DNA of 64,000 nucleotides from Octopus vulgaris (taxonomy: Eukaryota). Position 1 is the stretch's first letter, and every line of letters starts with the position of its first letter. The stretch is taken from assembly GCA_951406725.2 (NCBI GenBank), contig OX597823.1:87544001-87608000 (forward strand), read 5' to 3'. Under the pieces are notes generated by a model. The model was not told the DNA's origin and made no database searches. It worked only from the letters and a program-made list of their open reading frames with translations. A program made the position numbers and the translations under genes. Below, one piece after another: positions 23,535-36,820 of the stretch.

Positions 23535-23900
23535 GTTTCTACTATAGGAACAAGGCCTGATATTTTTGCAGTATGGGCCAGTCGATTACATTGACGTCAG
23601 TGGAGTGTGAACTCGGAACGTAAGCCAGGAAAAAATTTCGCTAAGCATTTTATTCACCGTGTCAATGATTCTGCCAAGCTAACCCGATGTAATAATGGGT
23701 CCATATTTTAGGATAGGGCCAACAAGTTCGGGGGTAGAGTTAAGTCGATTACAACGTTCCCAGTGTACAGTTAGAGCTTATTTTATCGAACCCGAGACGA
23801 TGAAAGGCGAAGTCAACCTCGGCGGAATTTGAACTCGGCGGAATACAAAGACGGACGAAATATCGCTACGCGTGCAAACGCATCAACTACTTTGTCGTCT
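23535..23900 (-). mobile_element. two degraded SINE family A copies
   Basis: ACAAGGCCTGA..GTCGATTACAT and GATGAAAGGCGAAGTCAACCTCGGCGGAATTTGAACTC. Confidence 0.75.
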
Positions 23901-24399
23901 TACAGGGAACAGGTGTAATGTCAGCAAAGTTTTATATTCCCAATACACTATTGCATGCACCTTGTCGGTGTAGTAAGATCAAATACTCAGTTTCAGAACC
24001 TATAAATTAATTAGCAGCCAAGTACTAATATCGATTATCAAATCAGATAACAAAACAACAAAAAATATCCCTTCCACAAAATGGATTAGAAGTCACCAAC
24101 GTTAGACATTATGTTGTTTGGTTAGATATGTAATAAACAACGTAGAGGAGACGGTTTTAATTTTGTGACAGAATGTACAGCTTCTAATTAAACAATATTC
24201 AAAAGGAATTTTGTAGTTTACCGTGGTAGGTGATCAACACGTTGAGAAAATTTAAGAACATGAGATTATTATTATTATTATTATTACTATTATTATTATT
24301 ATTATTATTAAGGCGGTGAGCTGGCAGAATTGTTATCACGCTGAGATTCTTTCTACATGATAACAAGAACCACCTGTGCCATTCATTAAGATTCCTACA

Positions 24400-24580
24400 A
24401 CCACCACTAGGGCCACTACCACCAACACCACCGCCACTACCTCCAGAGCCACCACAACCATCTCCACCTCCAGAGCCACCACAACCATCACCACCTCCAG
24501 AGCCACCACCACTAGCAACAACAATCCCCCCTGCCATTGCCACCACCACCACCGGCATACCACCAGCACACCACCATCAC
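24400..24580. repeat. (ACC)-rich low-complexity tract with a 27-bp tandem unit
   Basis: CCTCCAGAGCCACCACAACCATC(T/A)CCA about 2.5 copies. Confidence 0.85.
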
Positions 24581-24669
24581 GATAAGTAGCGACAAAGAGA
24601 TGACAGCAACAATAACAACAATAATGATGATGGTGATGATGATGATAGTAGCAACAGCAACAAAAAAAA

Positions 24670-24891
24670 TCCTTTCTGCTATAAGCACAAGGCCTGAAGT
24701 CTTTTTGTTTTTGTTGGGGTGGACTAGTCGATTACATCGACCCTAGAATTTCAATAGTACTTAATTTATCGACGCCGAAACGATGAAATTCAAAGTCGAG
24801 CTCGGCGGAATTTGAAATCAGAACGTAGTGGCAGACGAAATACTGCTAAGCATTTCGCCCAGCGTGATAACAATTCTGCCAGCTCACCGCC

Positions 24892-24894
<3 letters not shown>
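24670..24894 (-). mobile_element. SINE family A monomer
   Basis: Head at 24894 abutting (TAA)n. Confidence 0.92.
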
Positions 24895-24962
<68 letters not shown>

Positions 24963-24965
24963 CTG

Positions 24966-26195
24966 AGTTGTAATAAGATGCACCACCCAAAGGCAGACGT
25001 AGATCGCCTTTACCTAAACCCAAGGAGGTCAGGCCTGATCCAATTTGAACTAGCTTACAAAACAACACAACTGGAATCCAAATATCTCGAAATATCGAAT
25101 GATTGGATGCTAAACTCGTGGAAAATAAGACGAAAGAAGCTTCATTCTATCATAAAGGAAAGCAAAAAATTTGCATTGATCTCTGCAGGATACCCAAACT
25201 GAACAACCCGAGGAAGTGCGGCAATTATTGTTGCAAAGAAGGTGAAAATAATGGCAACGAAAAAGCGCACGAGCAATTGGCTGATAGGTGGGAGGAGAAA
25301 CCTCTGCACGGCAAATATGTGACCCGCAGCAAACAAGCTGATGTTGACCAGAAGCAAACCCATCAGTGGCTACGGAGCTCAGGGCTGAAGCAGAGAGCGA
25401 AGGTTTCATCCTGGCTGCTCAAGATCAAGCCTATTAACCCGGAACTACCAGGCCAATGTGATGAAAAATGGAGCAGAACCAAAATGCCGATTCTGCAACG
25501 ACATGATTGAAACAGTGGACCACCTAATTCTGGATGTAAAGTCTTAGCACCAGTGGGTATAAATTAAGACATGACAGAGTTGGCCAATATCTACACTGGC
25601 TAATAAGTCGGCATTACAATATCAAAGCTGCCGATAAGTGGTATAATCACCACCCTGAGGCTGTAACTGAAGGAGAAAATGTAACCATTCTGTGGGACTT
25701 TCCAGTACATACAGACCGAACCATCAAGGCCAATAAACCAGATATTGTTGTGAAAGACCAAAACAATAAAGTTTGCTTATTGATCGACATGAGCATCCCA
25801 TGTGATCATAATATCTCAGCGAAAAGTTTGACAGCTCAGAAAATATAAAGACCTACTCATTGAAATTGAAAAAATGTGGCATCTCAAGCGGTTACAATAC
25901 CAGTGATCGTGGAGCACTAGGAATGATCAAGAGGAACTGAAAATTATATGAGAATGATCCTGGCTTACCATCCCCAAAGTGCAAAAGATTGTCTTAACTG
26001 GTACATCACACGTATTGAGAAGAGCATTGTCGATGTGAGAACTGTTGCTGCTCATGTATTTTAATTTAACTTTAAAAAAAAATGAACGAACTATTGAGTT
26101 TGGTTTAATGGCCTACCAATGTATATTATGAGTTTCTTTGCCTAGAGTCGGAAGACACTCGGCAAGAAATGGAACAAATTTGAAAGAAGAAAAAA

Positions 26196-26196
<1 letters not shown>
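24966..26196 (+). mobile_element. 5'-truncated R4/Dong-clade non-LTR retrotransposon (RT end, CCHC, RLE endonuclease)
   Basis: MHHPKADVDRLYL, WEEKPLHGKY, WLRSSGLK, AAQDQ, CRFC..ETVDHL, RHDRVGQYLHW, ILWDFPVHTDRTIKANKPDIVV, KYKDL; stop at 26038; frameshifted; (TAA)n on both sides. Confidence 0.93.
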
Positions 26197-26226
<30 letters not shown>

Positions 26227-26604
26227 GCATGGGAGATATAGAAACTGAAATCCATAGTACCGATTCAAAGGAAAGCACCATTCTATATTGACGAAAATCT
26301 TTCCAAGGATTCTTGAGTTCTCAGAAGACTCGTTGTCACCAGAACTCCATTTAACACTTCTGGAAATTAAATTAACAAGTAATAACTTTCGTATAATAAT
26401 AAATATAATCTCGCTACTAAAGGCAATTTTAAGCAATTCATTCATACTTACGAATTCTGAACGCTCAAATGTTGATTACAAAGTGTGTGCGGTAGGAAAA
26501 TAGATTACATAAAAAGAGAGATGTAAAGCATTTTACATAACATACAACAGCGGGGTTTTGGAATTTATTGAAGACATAAGAATAACTTCATACATTAACT
26601 AGAA

Positions 26605-26745
26605 TACGAGGAGGTGCTGAAAAGTTCCTGGCCTTCAGGGTGTCGCGTAAAGTGTGGTTGGAGGCCCAAACTTCCGAGTTCTTTTACAGGGCTTAGGAAA
26701 ACTGAAGGACAGCTGCAATAATGGGTGAAGCTGGGAGTGGAATAT
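26605..26745 (+). mobile_element. mariner-derived MITE, left part
   Basis: TA-CGAGGAGGTGCTGAAAAGTTCCTGGC; homologous to 6712-6916. Confidence 0.8.
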
Positions 26746-26761
26746 TATTTTATTGTGATAT

Positions 26762-26996
26762 TCTTTTACTTGTTTCAGTCATGTGACTGCGGCCATACTG
26801 AAACAAATTGACAAAATTATTTGTACGCCTAGTACTTATTCTATCGACTCTTTTGCCGAACCGCTAAGTTACGAGGACATAAACGCACCAACATCTGTTT
26901 TCAAGTGATGGTAGAGGAGAGAACAAATACAGAAACACAAATGCATACATATGTATAGACGAAGGGCTTCTTTCAGTTTCCGTCTACCAAATCCAC
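26762..26996 (-). mobile_element. SINE family B, 3' part
   Basis: TTTTACTTGTTTCAGTCATGTGACTGCGGCCAT...CAGTTTCCGTCTACCAAATCCAC. Confidence 0.85.
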
Positions 26997-27029
26997 CTGC
27001 AGAAAAATTTTCTTCCCCATCCGGCACAG

Positions 27030-27345
27030 CGTAGGCGCAGGCCTTGATACTTGGATATTCGGCTCATGATCGTAAGGTTGTCAGTTCGATTCCAGTTGGC
27101 GCATTGCGTCCTTGACCGAGATATTTTATTTCATGCTGATCCAGTCCATTTCACTGGCAAAAATGAGTAATACATGTAATTCAAAAGGCCAGCTTCGTCA
27201 TATTGTGTGTCACGATGAATTTCCCTGAAAACTGCATTAAGTGTATGTCTGTGTGTGGAGTTCTCAGCCACTTGCACGGTAATTTCACAAGAAGGCTGTT
27301 CCGTTGATCGGATCTACAGGAAGTTTGGGCGTTATAACCGATGGA
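27030..27345 (+). mobile_element. SINE family D head with family C-like tail
   Basis: AGTTCGATTCC B-box; tail CTCAGCCACTTGCAC..GGCTGTTCCGTTGATCGGATC. Confidence 0.75.
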
Positions 27346-27349
27346 GTTC

Positions 27350-28120
27350 AGTAACCGGCACACAATCCCATACTAGCCACACCCGGGTGAGTGCGACATG
27401 TCCGTCGCTCTCTTCTTTACATTCTAGTGCTGCATAGGCGCAGGAGTGGCTGTGTGGTAAGTAAATTGTTTACCAACCACATGGTTCCGGGTTCAGTCCT
27501 ACTGCGTGGCACATTGGGCAAGTGTCTTCTACTATAGCCTCGAGCCGACCAAAGCATTGTGAGTGGATTTGCTAGACGGAAACTGAAAAGAAGCCTTTCG
27601 TATATTTGTATATATATGCGTGTGTGTGTTTGCGTGCCTGTGTTTGTCCCCCTAGCATTGCTTGACAACCGATGCTGGTGTGTTTATGTCCCCGTTACTT
27701 AGCGGTTTGGCGAAAGAGACCGATAGAATAAGTACTAGGCTTACAAAAGAATAAGTCCCGGGGTTGAGTTGCTCGATTAAAGGCGGTGCTCCAGCATGGC
27801 CGCAGTCAAATGACTGAAACAAGTAAGAGAGTAAGAGAGAGTATACCGTTGTTTAGGAGACAGTAGAACTTTCTGAGAATTAAAGTTTCTCCATATGATG
27901 TTCACCTTCCTTTTGTCTTTGTCACTCCTCAGCATATATGCATAGCAAATCGGCTTTTCATCTTGATCTAACAGTATAATTCGTGTACTTCAACGCACTT
28001 GCTAGCAGAGCGTCCCGACATACGTCTTTGGCCTTCGAAGACCATTGCATAGACAGTGAGATACCAGACAAACGTATGTTTCGCCACCCACTATAAGCTC
28101 TTTGTTCGACACTTTTGTAT
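27350..28120 (-). mobile_element. possible Gypsy pol remnant interrupted by a SINE
   Basis: ASK...DQDEKPICYA (RNase H-like) near 27950 and THPGVASM (integrase Zn-finger-like) near 27380. Confidence 0.35.
27434..27843 (+). mobile_element. SINE family B, full length
   Basis: As 21215-21627. Confidence 0.95.
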
Positions 28121-29049
28121 ACGAAATATGGCAGTCCGGATTCTCACCTCAACTATTTTTACTTGAAGAAAATAGTGAAAGAGAAAAGTGAAGATGTTTT
28201 TATGTTGGTACAAACAATCAATCTGCTTTATGCCAATCAAAATTATATATGTCAACAGAAGCAAAATGTTATCTTAGCAACCGTTATTTTGTATTTTATG
28301 ACAGTTGCAATTCCTCTGCTTTACTAATATGTTGAAACGTGTATTGGAGAGAACGGAAGACAAAGTTCTTGATATGATGGTGAAGTGTGTAATGCGCTGC
28401 TACACATTAATTAAAGTTAAATTTGCAATTCTAGAGTGGAAAACCTGTAAACCATTACAAGATATATTCAAAAGCGTTTGACATCGATGTATTAGAAAAT
28501 AATATGTATTCATTTTATGTTTAATCCAAAGTTGTAAATTTAAAAACCATAAGCAATTTAAAAGGAACCCCAGTGTATTACAGATCCTTATTTTCCCAAT
28601 ATTTCTTAGAAGAATGTTATCATCAGCAATATATTATTTTATTTTGCTCTCATTTTCAGGAGTCTCACGACGCTGAAACATTATCATCAGTGGTTTGTTA
28701 TAAAATTCTATTAAACAGACCCCATGGCCTGATATTCGTATTATTGATCGTCAGTAATACATAATTTATATTGAATTACACAGCCCTTAAAGTAGACAGG
28801 GATGTTTCTCTACGTTTTATGTTTTACTCAAATCAACATTCTAAATAAGTTAGACATGAGAAAAAGCCATGCACTTTAGAGAAGAGGTCTACCACATAAA
28901 GTCTGCCACGTAAGGAATGAAATGAGATTTAACAACTAAAGGAACAGCTCGCAACCGAAAAATAAGTATTACAGAAGGCAACACTAATGAGCAAATATAA
29001 TTATAATTATCACGATTAACACCCTTACCATCTTCATAAAACTTCATCT

Positions 29050-29280
29050 TGATCATAATCCTAACTACCACCATCAATATTACCACCACCACTACCCCCA
29101 CCATCATCATCTTCGTCATCATCGTCATAGTTGTCATTGTCATCATCATCATCATTATCATCATCATCATCATCATTATTGTCATCATGATCATTACCAT
29201 CATCATCATTATCATCATCATCATTATCATCATCATCATCATCATCATCATCATCGTAATCATCATCACTATCATCATAG
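29050..29280. repeat. (CAT)n microsatellite
   Basis: Direct reading. Confidence 0.95.
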
Positions 29281-29604
29281 AAGCATACTCAACAACAATA
29301 ATATCACCGTGAAAAACAGTAAAAAAAAACATCATCGCAACAACATTACAAAAAATTCAAGATGAAGAGCAACAGCCAATACAGTGGGATGAACATGAGG
29401 ACCGGACGGACGAGAGATGGTGTAAAAAAAATGACCGAGAACAAATGTAGACACAGAACAACGGAAGGAACTGGAAATCAGAAAATAACAAAAACAAACG
29501 TGAACACATGTATGTTATTTAACGAAAGAAAAAAATCAATGACAGTTACGTTAATATGGACGAAAGACATAAACAAAACGTAATGCGAAGTGAAGTAATA
29601 CGAA

Positions 29605-29701
29605 ATATATATAAATATATAATATATACATATATATACATGTGTGTATATATATATAAGCATATATATATTTATTTATACATATGGATATATATATATA
29701 T

Positions 29702-29750
<49 letters not shown>

Positions 29751-29908
29751 CATGCATATGTTCACACATTATATATACGCATATATATATACACATATAT
29801 GCATATATGCATAAATATTTATATGTATATATATATATATATATATGTATCGATATTTATATATGTATATATGTAAGATATGTAAGATATGTATATATGT
29901 ATGTAAGT

Positions 29909-29958
<50 letters not shown>

Positions 29959-30012
29959 ATACATATATATAATTTATGTATATATATATATCTTTATATG
30001 TGTGTGTGTGTT

Positions 30013-30045
<33 letters not shown>

Positions 30046-30055
30046 ATGTATGTGT
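29605..30055. repeat. compound (TA)n/(TG)n microsatellite
   Basis: Direct reading. Confidence 0.95.
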
Positions 30056-30408
30056 TTAGACAAGTATAGAGAGAAGAGGAAATTCCAACAATGGCAACAA
30101 TATTAAAAATAAGCCGAATATCTCATACAATAAATAAACGACAGTACAACAGAAAAAAAAAGAAACGTCTGTTCTCTTTTGTCATGATACATAGAAAATA
30201 ACAATACTGGCAATAACATGAAGGAAGTCACAAATACATAAAACCGAAAAGAATAAACAAAAGTTAAATGAAAAGAAAAAGGAGGTATTGATCAGTTATA
30301 ATATCCTAAGCAAAACCAATAGAAGTAAATAACAAGCGAAAACAACATCTTCACCATTAACAATGAACAACAACACATAGTTCACTATAAGACAACGATC
30401 AAACGGAC

Positions 30409-30456
<48 letters not shown>

Positions 30457-31049
30457 AATGGATATGTATATACACATATATATATATATATATGTAAGTA
30501 TGTATAAAAGTATGTATGTATGTATATTTAACGTAAATGTCTCGAACGATGAAAATGAGTGCTCAGCGCCGCATTGGTGGATATAATTTCTTTATCTGGG
30601 AATTTAGGTTACCATTGATTTCATGTTTAGAAAAAGTAGGAATATATCCTAATGTCTTAAGTATTATTCAAGCCGATCGCATGAAGAAATGTTTTCAGCT
30701 ACATTTCGGGGAACGTATTCTTGTTAAATTCGCGGAGATCCTAGTAAAATTTCGTGAATAAAAGAACGAATCAAGCGACATTGCTCTTTGGTGACATCTT
30801 TGAATGTCTGTCTCCCTTGGATTTGTCTTTTGGGCAAACTCTTGTGAAGTCAATTTGTTTGTATTATTTTGCTTTTGCTGTGGGTGTGCCGAGGTAGTTC
30901 GTCATTGGGGCATGTTCCTTTTGTAGGTTGGTTTTTGTGAGCTATGTTTGTACAGATTTCGCGTTCAGGACATCCCTAGTGAGATTAACGTCGCAGATGA
31001 TGGCTCTTCTTTGAAGAATTTTAGTGTAAAATATTGCTTGTGTATTCAG

Positions 31050-31515
31050 AGAAAGAAGGGTTCATCCCAATATTGAAGATGTTATCCGTTGAGTGTATAA
31101 TGTTTAGTTTTTCAGTAATGCAGTGTTCACATTTAGTACCCCGTCCTCTCTGTTTTGGCTTCAGTTAAAATTTCCATTCTATCTGGAGACTGCTTATTCC
31201 ATCTTTCAATTCCCATATTAAATTAGCCAGGGATTTTGAATGTTTTTTTATATAGTTTTGTCTTTGAATGACCCAAGATGCTGAGTATATCTTACCTTGA
31301 ACGAGTTGCCCCTCATTCCAATATACGTCTTTGCTACTCCGTTGGCGTCCGTGATCTTGGCCTTGTATACGACTTCTTTCTCGTGACAGTTGTTGTTTAG
31401 AGGGCATCAATTTTCTGGATGAACAGTTGCATTGCCTTTCGGGAGTGATTCTCGCGTGTTTGTATTGAAGGTGATTCTTACTTCTCTTAATATGAAACGA
31501 ACAGTATCCTTAAGT
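31050..31515 (-). pseudogene. Penelope-like element GIY-YIG endonuclease remnant
   Basis: QCNC..CPLNNNC..EVVYKAKI...KTYIG...FKVRYTQH..SF...SLANLIWELK...IEW...CEHCITEK with frameshifts and a stop; the element probably extends to ~30540. Confidence 0.88.
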
Positions 31516-31651
31516 AACAATATATATATGTGTGTGTGTTTGTGAGTGTATGTGTGTATGTATGTGTACGTGTGTACGTATGTATATGCATATACATGCA
31601 TAATACATTTATATATGTATATATGCATACATACGAACATATATATAGGAA

Positions 31652-31687
<36 letters not shown>

Positions 31688-31689
31688 CA

Positions 31690-31736
31690 AAAACTGTCCG
31701 ATGAACGGCAACGGGAAACACAGAGTAACAGGTTTT
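31690..31736 (+). ncRNA. hammerhead motif (U4C) in a TA-flanked ~150-bp element
   Basis: AAAACUGU-CCGAUGA-A-CGG(CAA)CGG-GAAAC(ACAGA)GUA-ACAGGUUUU; stem II has one mismatch. Confidence 0.6.
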
Positions 31737-31895
31737 GTTGAATTTTCTGTTGCTTTAAATAAAGCATATTACTCGACCACTGGTATTTGAGTACTCTTTT
31801 TTTCCACCTTGTTTCACATTTATGTATTTACTCCGGTATATATATATATATAATTATGTATCTATGCACGTGTATATATATCTACATATATACAT

Positions 31896-31936
<41 letters not shown>

Positions 31937-32399
31937 TTTTCTTCCAAGTATATTCAACAACACCCTATTTTGGAATTATTCAATGATCTAGGGGTTACAT
32001 AATGAATTGTATGATCGAGTGATCATCTCCGAACACTTAATACCTACTGATAAGTTTGTGCTACAAAATGGATTCTGAATGAGGAGGCGATTCCGTTTAC
32101 GATATCCTGGAGGGCAAATCTCTTTGATCCTGTTCCCATATATTGTGAGATTAATCTGCGGTCTCCTGGGCCTATATTTTATAGAAGCATAGAGAACAAC
32201 AAAATTTCTCCCAAGCATTGTTTTGCAAACACTTCGGCTTATCACATTTCTTCATACCTTCTTGAGAGCAAATAACTTTACGCGTTCTTTTTACGAATTG
32301 TTTCAGCGTTGATTGTATCGAAACCTTTTTTTATAATTTTCGGAAATGTCGTTATTTCTATATTTCCAGAAATTATTTTCTTTTATATATATTTTATCT

Positions 32400-32750
32400 G
32401 TTACTTGTTTCAGACATTAGACAGAGGTTATATTAGGACACTACCTTGAAAAGGTGATCTTAGTTAATATTTATTTTATCGGTCTTTTGCCGAACCGCTA
32501 GGCTACAAGGATGTAAACAAACCAAACTGGTTGTCAAGCGGTGGCGGGGACAAAAAAAAACGAACGCAAAACACGTAGTTAGATATATGCGGCGTTTTTA
32601 TCGCATTCCGTCTTACAAAACCGTTCATAAGTCTGAAATCGACCTGGGGCTAAAATAGAACAAAATTACCGATGATGCCATGCAATGGAACTGAACCCCG
32701 AATCATGTGGTATGGAAGCAAGCTTCTTACCATAGTGCTATGCCTGTGTC
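32400..32750 (-). mobile_element. degraded SINE family B
   Basis: TTACTTGTTTCAG, TTGCCGAACCGCTAG, GAACTGAACCC..ATGTGG. Confidence 0.75.
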
Positions 32751-33949
32751 TATGCCTGTAAATTCCTGAATATATTATACAGATTTTTTCTTTGGTTTAG
32801 CTAATGCTTTGTTTCTTAAGTGAGATTCATTTACTAACCGTTCCCATATTTTATGACGCCATTCTTCGCTGTGAGTTCTGCGGTGAAAAGCAATAGAATT
32901 ATCTTATAAATAAAAGACGGAGCTTATTGTCCCTATTCTGGCGCAGTGTTGACTTTCTAAATTGTTTGAAATACTATTCAAGCTGCTTGAAATACCATTC
33001 AAATGAAAATTAATCACTTGTGCTACATAGAGAAACAAACTCAGTATTCTCGGGGCATTGTTAAAATAACAATGAGGATATAATAATAATAATACTGATA
33101 ATGATGATGATGATGATGGTAATAATAGTAATAATAATACTTCTACATTATTCATTGGACACAAATCATATAATGCATAATGAACATTTAAGTAAGGAGA
33201 ATTACAAGGCGTGTAAAATCTTGCCTAAATTATAATGTTAGGGACGTTGTACAATTAGAGGTTAAAACTTGAAACAAGAATAAATATGAAATTATTTGAA
33301 ACCTGATAATTAAAACAAGATACTATTCATATTAGAAATCATGGACATTGTTTAGGCTTATCTACCTACATAGGAATGATAAAGCTACACTCTAGTACAA
33401 TCAGGCGTGTACTTAGTTCTGGTATATCCAAAGGCTCTTGTTATCCTTATGTGTTTGGTGTGAGATGAATATTACAAAGTACTTGAGCTCCCTGTTTTTC
33501 ACATGCCCTTAATACTGTGATGAATACATAACATGCAACCTTATCTTTGCATTATTATAATTTCAGTTTTTAAAAGAAAATATTTAGCGTGAAATCTCAG
33601 TCGCTACTTGCATGTTCATGCACTTTCCCTGAACTGATGCACAGCTTGGTGCACTGCCATACCTTTTACATTTTCCCCCTCAGTTTGTACTGGTGTTCAT
33701 TCTTCCTTTATGAAAGTATTCCTTATTATTTCAGTTCTTGTATTTTAAAACAATGTTGGGTCTTTCTGGTTTTTTCGCATCAGTTCAATTTCCTTACAGA
33801 ACAATGGCTTGGTGATGCAGATATTTCCTACAGTCGAACAACTGGAGACATAGTTAATGGTTTCTATGGTGGAACAAATGTGAAGATGCCCTCTTCTTCC
33901 ATAGTAGTGAAAATCCTACTGGCTTTGATGCTGCCTCGATTTTGATCAC

Positions 33950-34700
33950 TACTGCTCCAACTCTTTTCATTTTTCTGCTTATTTCAGATCTGTGAAGAGG
34001 GTTCTCAAGAGACTTTTATTATCTCATATGTAATATATAGGGCTTTTGCACAGCACCATTATTTTCATGAACTTTATACCTGCATCTACAGTAGGACACA
34101 GCTCTGCTATGGCTTTGTGTCCTTTGAAGCTTTTTAGGACTTGGAAGTCAATTCTGACATATCCAATCAGTTGCCATCATTCGTTTATAAACCACCGACA
34201 GGAAGGTGTTCACCCCCAGACAGTGCATCTACGTCAACTACACAGCTTCATTTACTATAAATTCCAGCCAGTAAGACACGGCCTTCGGATCCTTGTTGAA
34301 AGAATGTGGTGGGGCGATCTTCAGGACATAATCGTTGATAGACGGATCTGTCTAAAATGCATAACAACACAGGCCAGTAATTTATAGAAACTGCAGGAGT
34401 ACGTCTGGTACAGTTTAATTAATACGCACTTCTTTCAAATACTCCCCATTTGTGTCAATCTCGGTATCGCCCCTAGTAGTAATTCCATTCGAAAGAAGAA
34501 TACTTGGAAATTGTTTATATTGGTCTTAGATCAAGAAGATTTCCGAAACAGACCAACTATTTCGACCTTATTGTCACTTCGATTTTCCGCGAGTAGGCCA
34601 TCGTTCTAACTCACCATAAGTCCTATATATTTTGCTAAAATAGATGATCACTCATTCCCATTGCAAGCGAAAAGTGAACATACAGCAGTTTCGATGCCGG
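33950..34700 (-). mobile_element. degraded RTE-like LINE RT C-terminal remnant
   Basis: Fragments GDTEID, FFQQ, FIVNEAV in the expected order; many stops. Confidence 0.4.
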
Positions 34701-35104
34701 TCCCCAATCATGTTCTTTTGTTGACCAAGACCTGTAGCCCTGGGAAAAGTACAAACCGTTAAAAACACGTCTTCGAACCCGAGACCATGACTTCTTACCG
34801 TTCAGGAAAGTCTGTATGTGGCACTACACGGGCGTGTGTCTAAGCATCAGGTTTCACGGTACACAGGAAACCCCGCTGTGAGTGAAGGCTTTTAACAGAT
34901 GGACAGCATAAATATCGATTTGTTTTCTTTCCACGGAAGCGGAGCAGCAGAGAAATTATGACAGACGTGATGCCACCATTCGACACATCAATTCAGCCCA
35001 CCTTTCAGAAATATTTTAAGGTAATTTCTTGATCGAATATGCCACTTCACTCTTGCCCTTAACCTGGTGAAAGTAGAAACTGAAAACCTCGCTAATACAT
35101 AGAT

Positions 35105-35340
35105 AATGTGTAGGCTCATGATCTCGTTGTTTGAATTTTGCACTTACGATCACAAGATAGTGGTATCGATTCCCGGACAGGTCTATGCGTTACATAATCG
35201 AGCCAAACATTTCCTTTAATGTTGCTGCAGTTCACTCAGCCGTAACTTAGTGTCCCTGCGATTAGCTGGTGTCCTATGGGAGTAAGTACTGTGACCCGGG
35301 TCACTTATACGCCATGGAAACGAGATAACTGTTTCTACGA
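35105..35340 (+). mobile_element. SINE family D, degraded
   Basis: CACTTACGATCACAAG..TCGATTCCCGGAC..GTTGCTGCAGTTCACTCAGC. Confidence 0.65.
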
Positions 35341-36174
35341 GTTCTAGAATGCGAAGCAGTTATGTAAAATAATATATAATAATAAAATACATTATCAGGA
35401 TAAACGATTATAACAAAACTCAATAATAAATTCTATAACAATATACAAAATTACATACAATAAGTATTAAAGCAATCGATATCATAAAAATGTTTCATGA
35501 CATTGTGTTGTATTAAATGACATTAGTAGGAGCTATTATAAAACGAAATATAAACTTTGCTATAATAAAACAGAATACAATAAAGAGCAATACATATACA
35601 GGAGCATAAAATATAATAAATATTCAGTGAAATAATGACCGACAGAATCGATTATGTACACTCTAAGATTAGATTCTACTTAAAAAATACTGTTCGTCCA
35701 AACAGTAAATAAAAATGGAAGAAACAAATTTTAAGTAATATTATTAAAAAAATATAACAGAACAATTTTAATTTCCAACATTTACTTTATTTTGGAAGGA
35801 GGTTTGAGTTCATCGACCCCAGAATATGACTGGTGCATATTTCAATGATCCCTATCAGATGATGGATGCAGGTTTGACATCACAGCGTGGATATAACTAA
35901 ACATCACAGTGGATATAACTAAATAGTTCATGGTAAATTCCCCCTCCACTGATTTTTCACACCATAATTACGTTTTCTAATTCAGATACAAGTCTGATAA
36001 TTTCAGTGGAAGGATTCATAGCTTTCATAGATAACTCTGAACTCAGTACATAACCTGCAATTTATCTTATCAGACTAATAAGGACTGAGAGCAAAGCTGA
36101 CCTCAACATTATTTGAATTCAGAACCAGAAGAATCGGTGGAAATACGGGAAAATTACTATGGCCCACGCTCAAA

Positions 36175-36395
36175 CGTGGTTCCAAATTTTGTCACTAGGC
36201 TAGGACTATCGCTTTACTGGGTGGGGGAATCGATTACACCGACCCCGGTGCTCAACTGATACTTATTTTAACGATCTCGAAAGGACAACTGGCAAAGTCG
36301 AATTGGGTGTAATTTCAACTCGGAACATAAAGGAGGACGAAATGGCGCTAAGCATTTGTCCCAGCGTAATAACGTTGCTTCCAGATCGTGGCCTT
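36175..36395 (-). mobile_element. degraded SINE family A
   Basis: TCGATTACACCGACCCCGGTG..GGCAAAGTCGA..AACTCGGAAC. Confidence 0.7.
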
Positions 36396-36622
36396 ACTTA
36401 CTCTTTTACTCTTTTACTTGTTTCAGTTACTTGACTGCGGCCATGCTGGAGCACCGCCTTTAGTCGAGCAAATCGACTCCAGTACTTATTCTTTGTAAGC
36501 CTAGTACTTATTCTATTAGTCTCTTTTGCGGAACCGCTAAGTTACGGGGACGTAAACATACCAGCATCGGTTGTCAAGCAATATTAGGAAGACAAACACA
36601 AACACACACACACACACACATG

Positions 36623-36654
<32 letters not shown>

Positions 36655-36820
36655 CAACGGACTTCTTTTCAGTTTCCGTCTACCAAATCCACTCACAAGG
36701 CTTTGGTCGGCCCGAGGCTAAAGTAGACGACACTTGCTCAGGGTACCACGCAGTGGGACTAAACCCGCAGCAATGTGGTTGGTAAGCATGCTACTTACCA
36801 CACAGCCACTCTTGCACCTA
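36396..36820 (-). mobile_element. SINE family B, full length
   Basis: As 21215-21627. Confidence 0.95.

Noticed and set aside
24199-24558. Gly-rich ORF (GGSGGGDGC repeats)
   Set aside because: Derived from (GGT)n low-complexity DNA and runs into a SINE head and TAA tract
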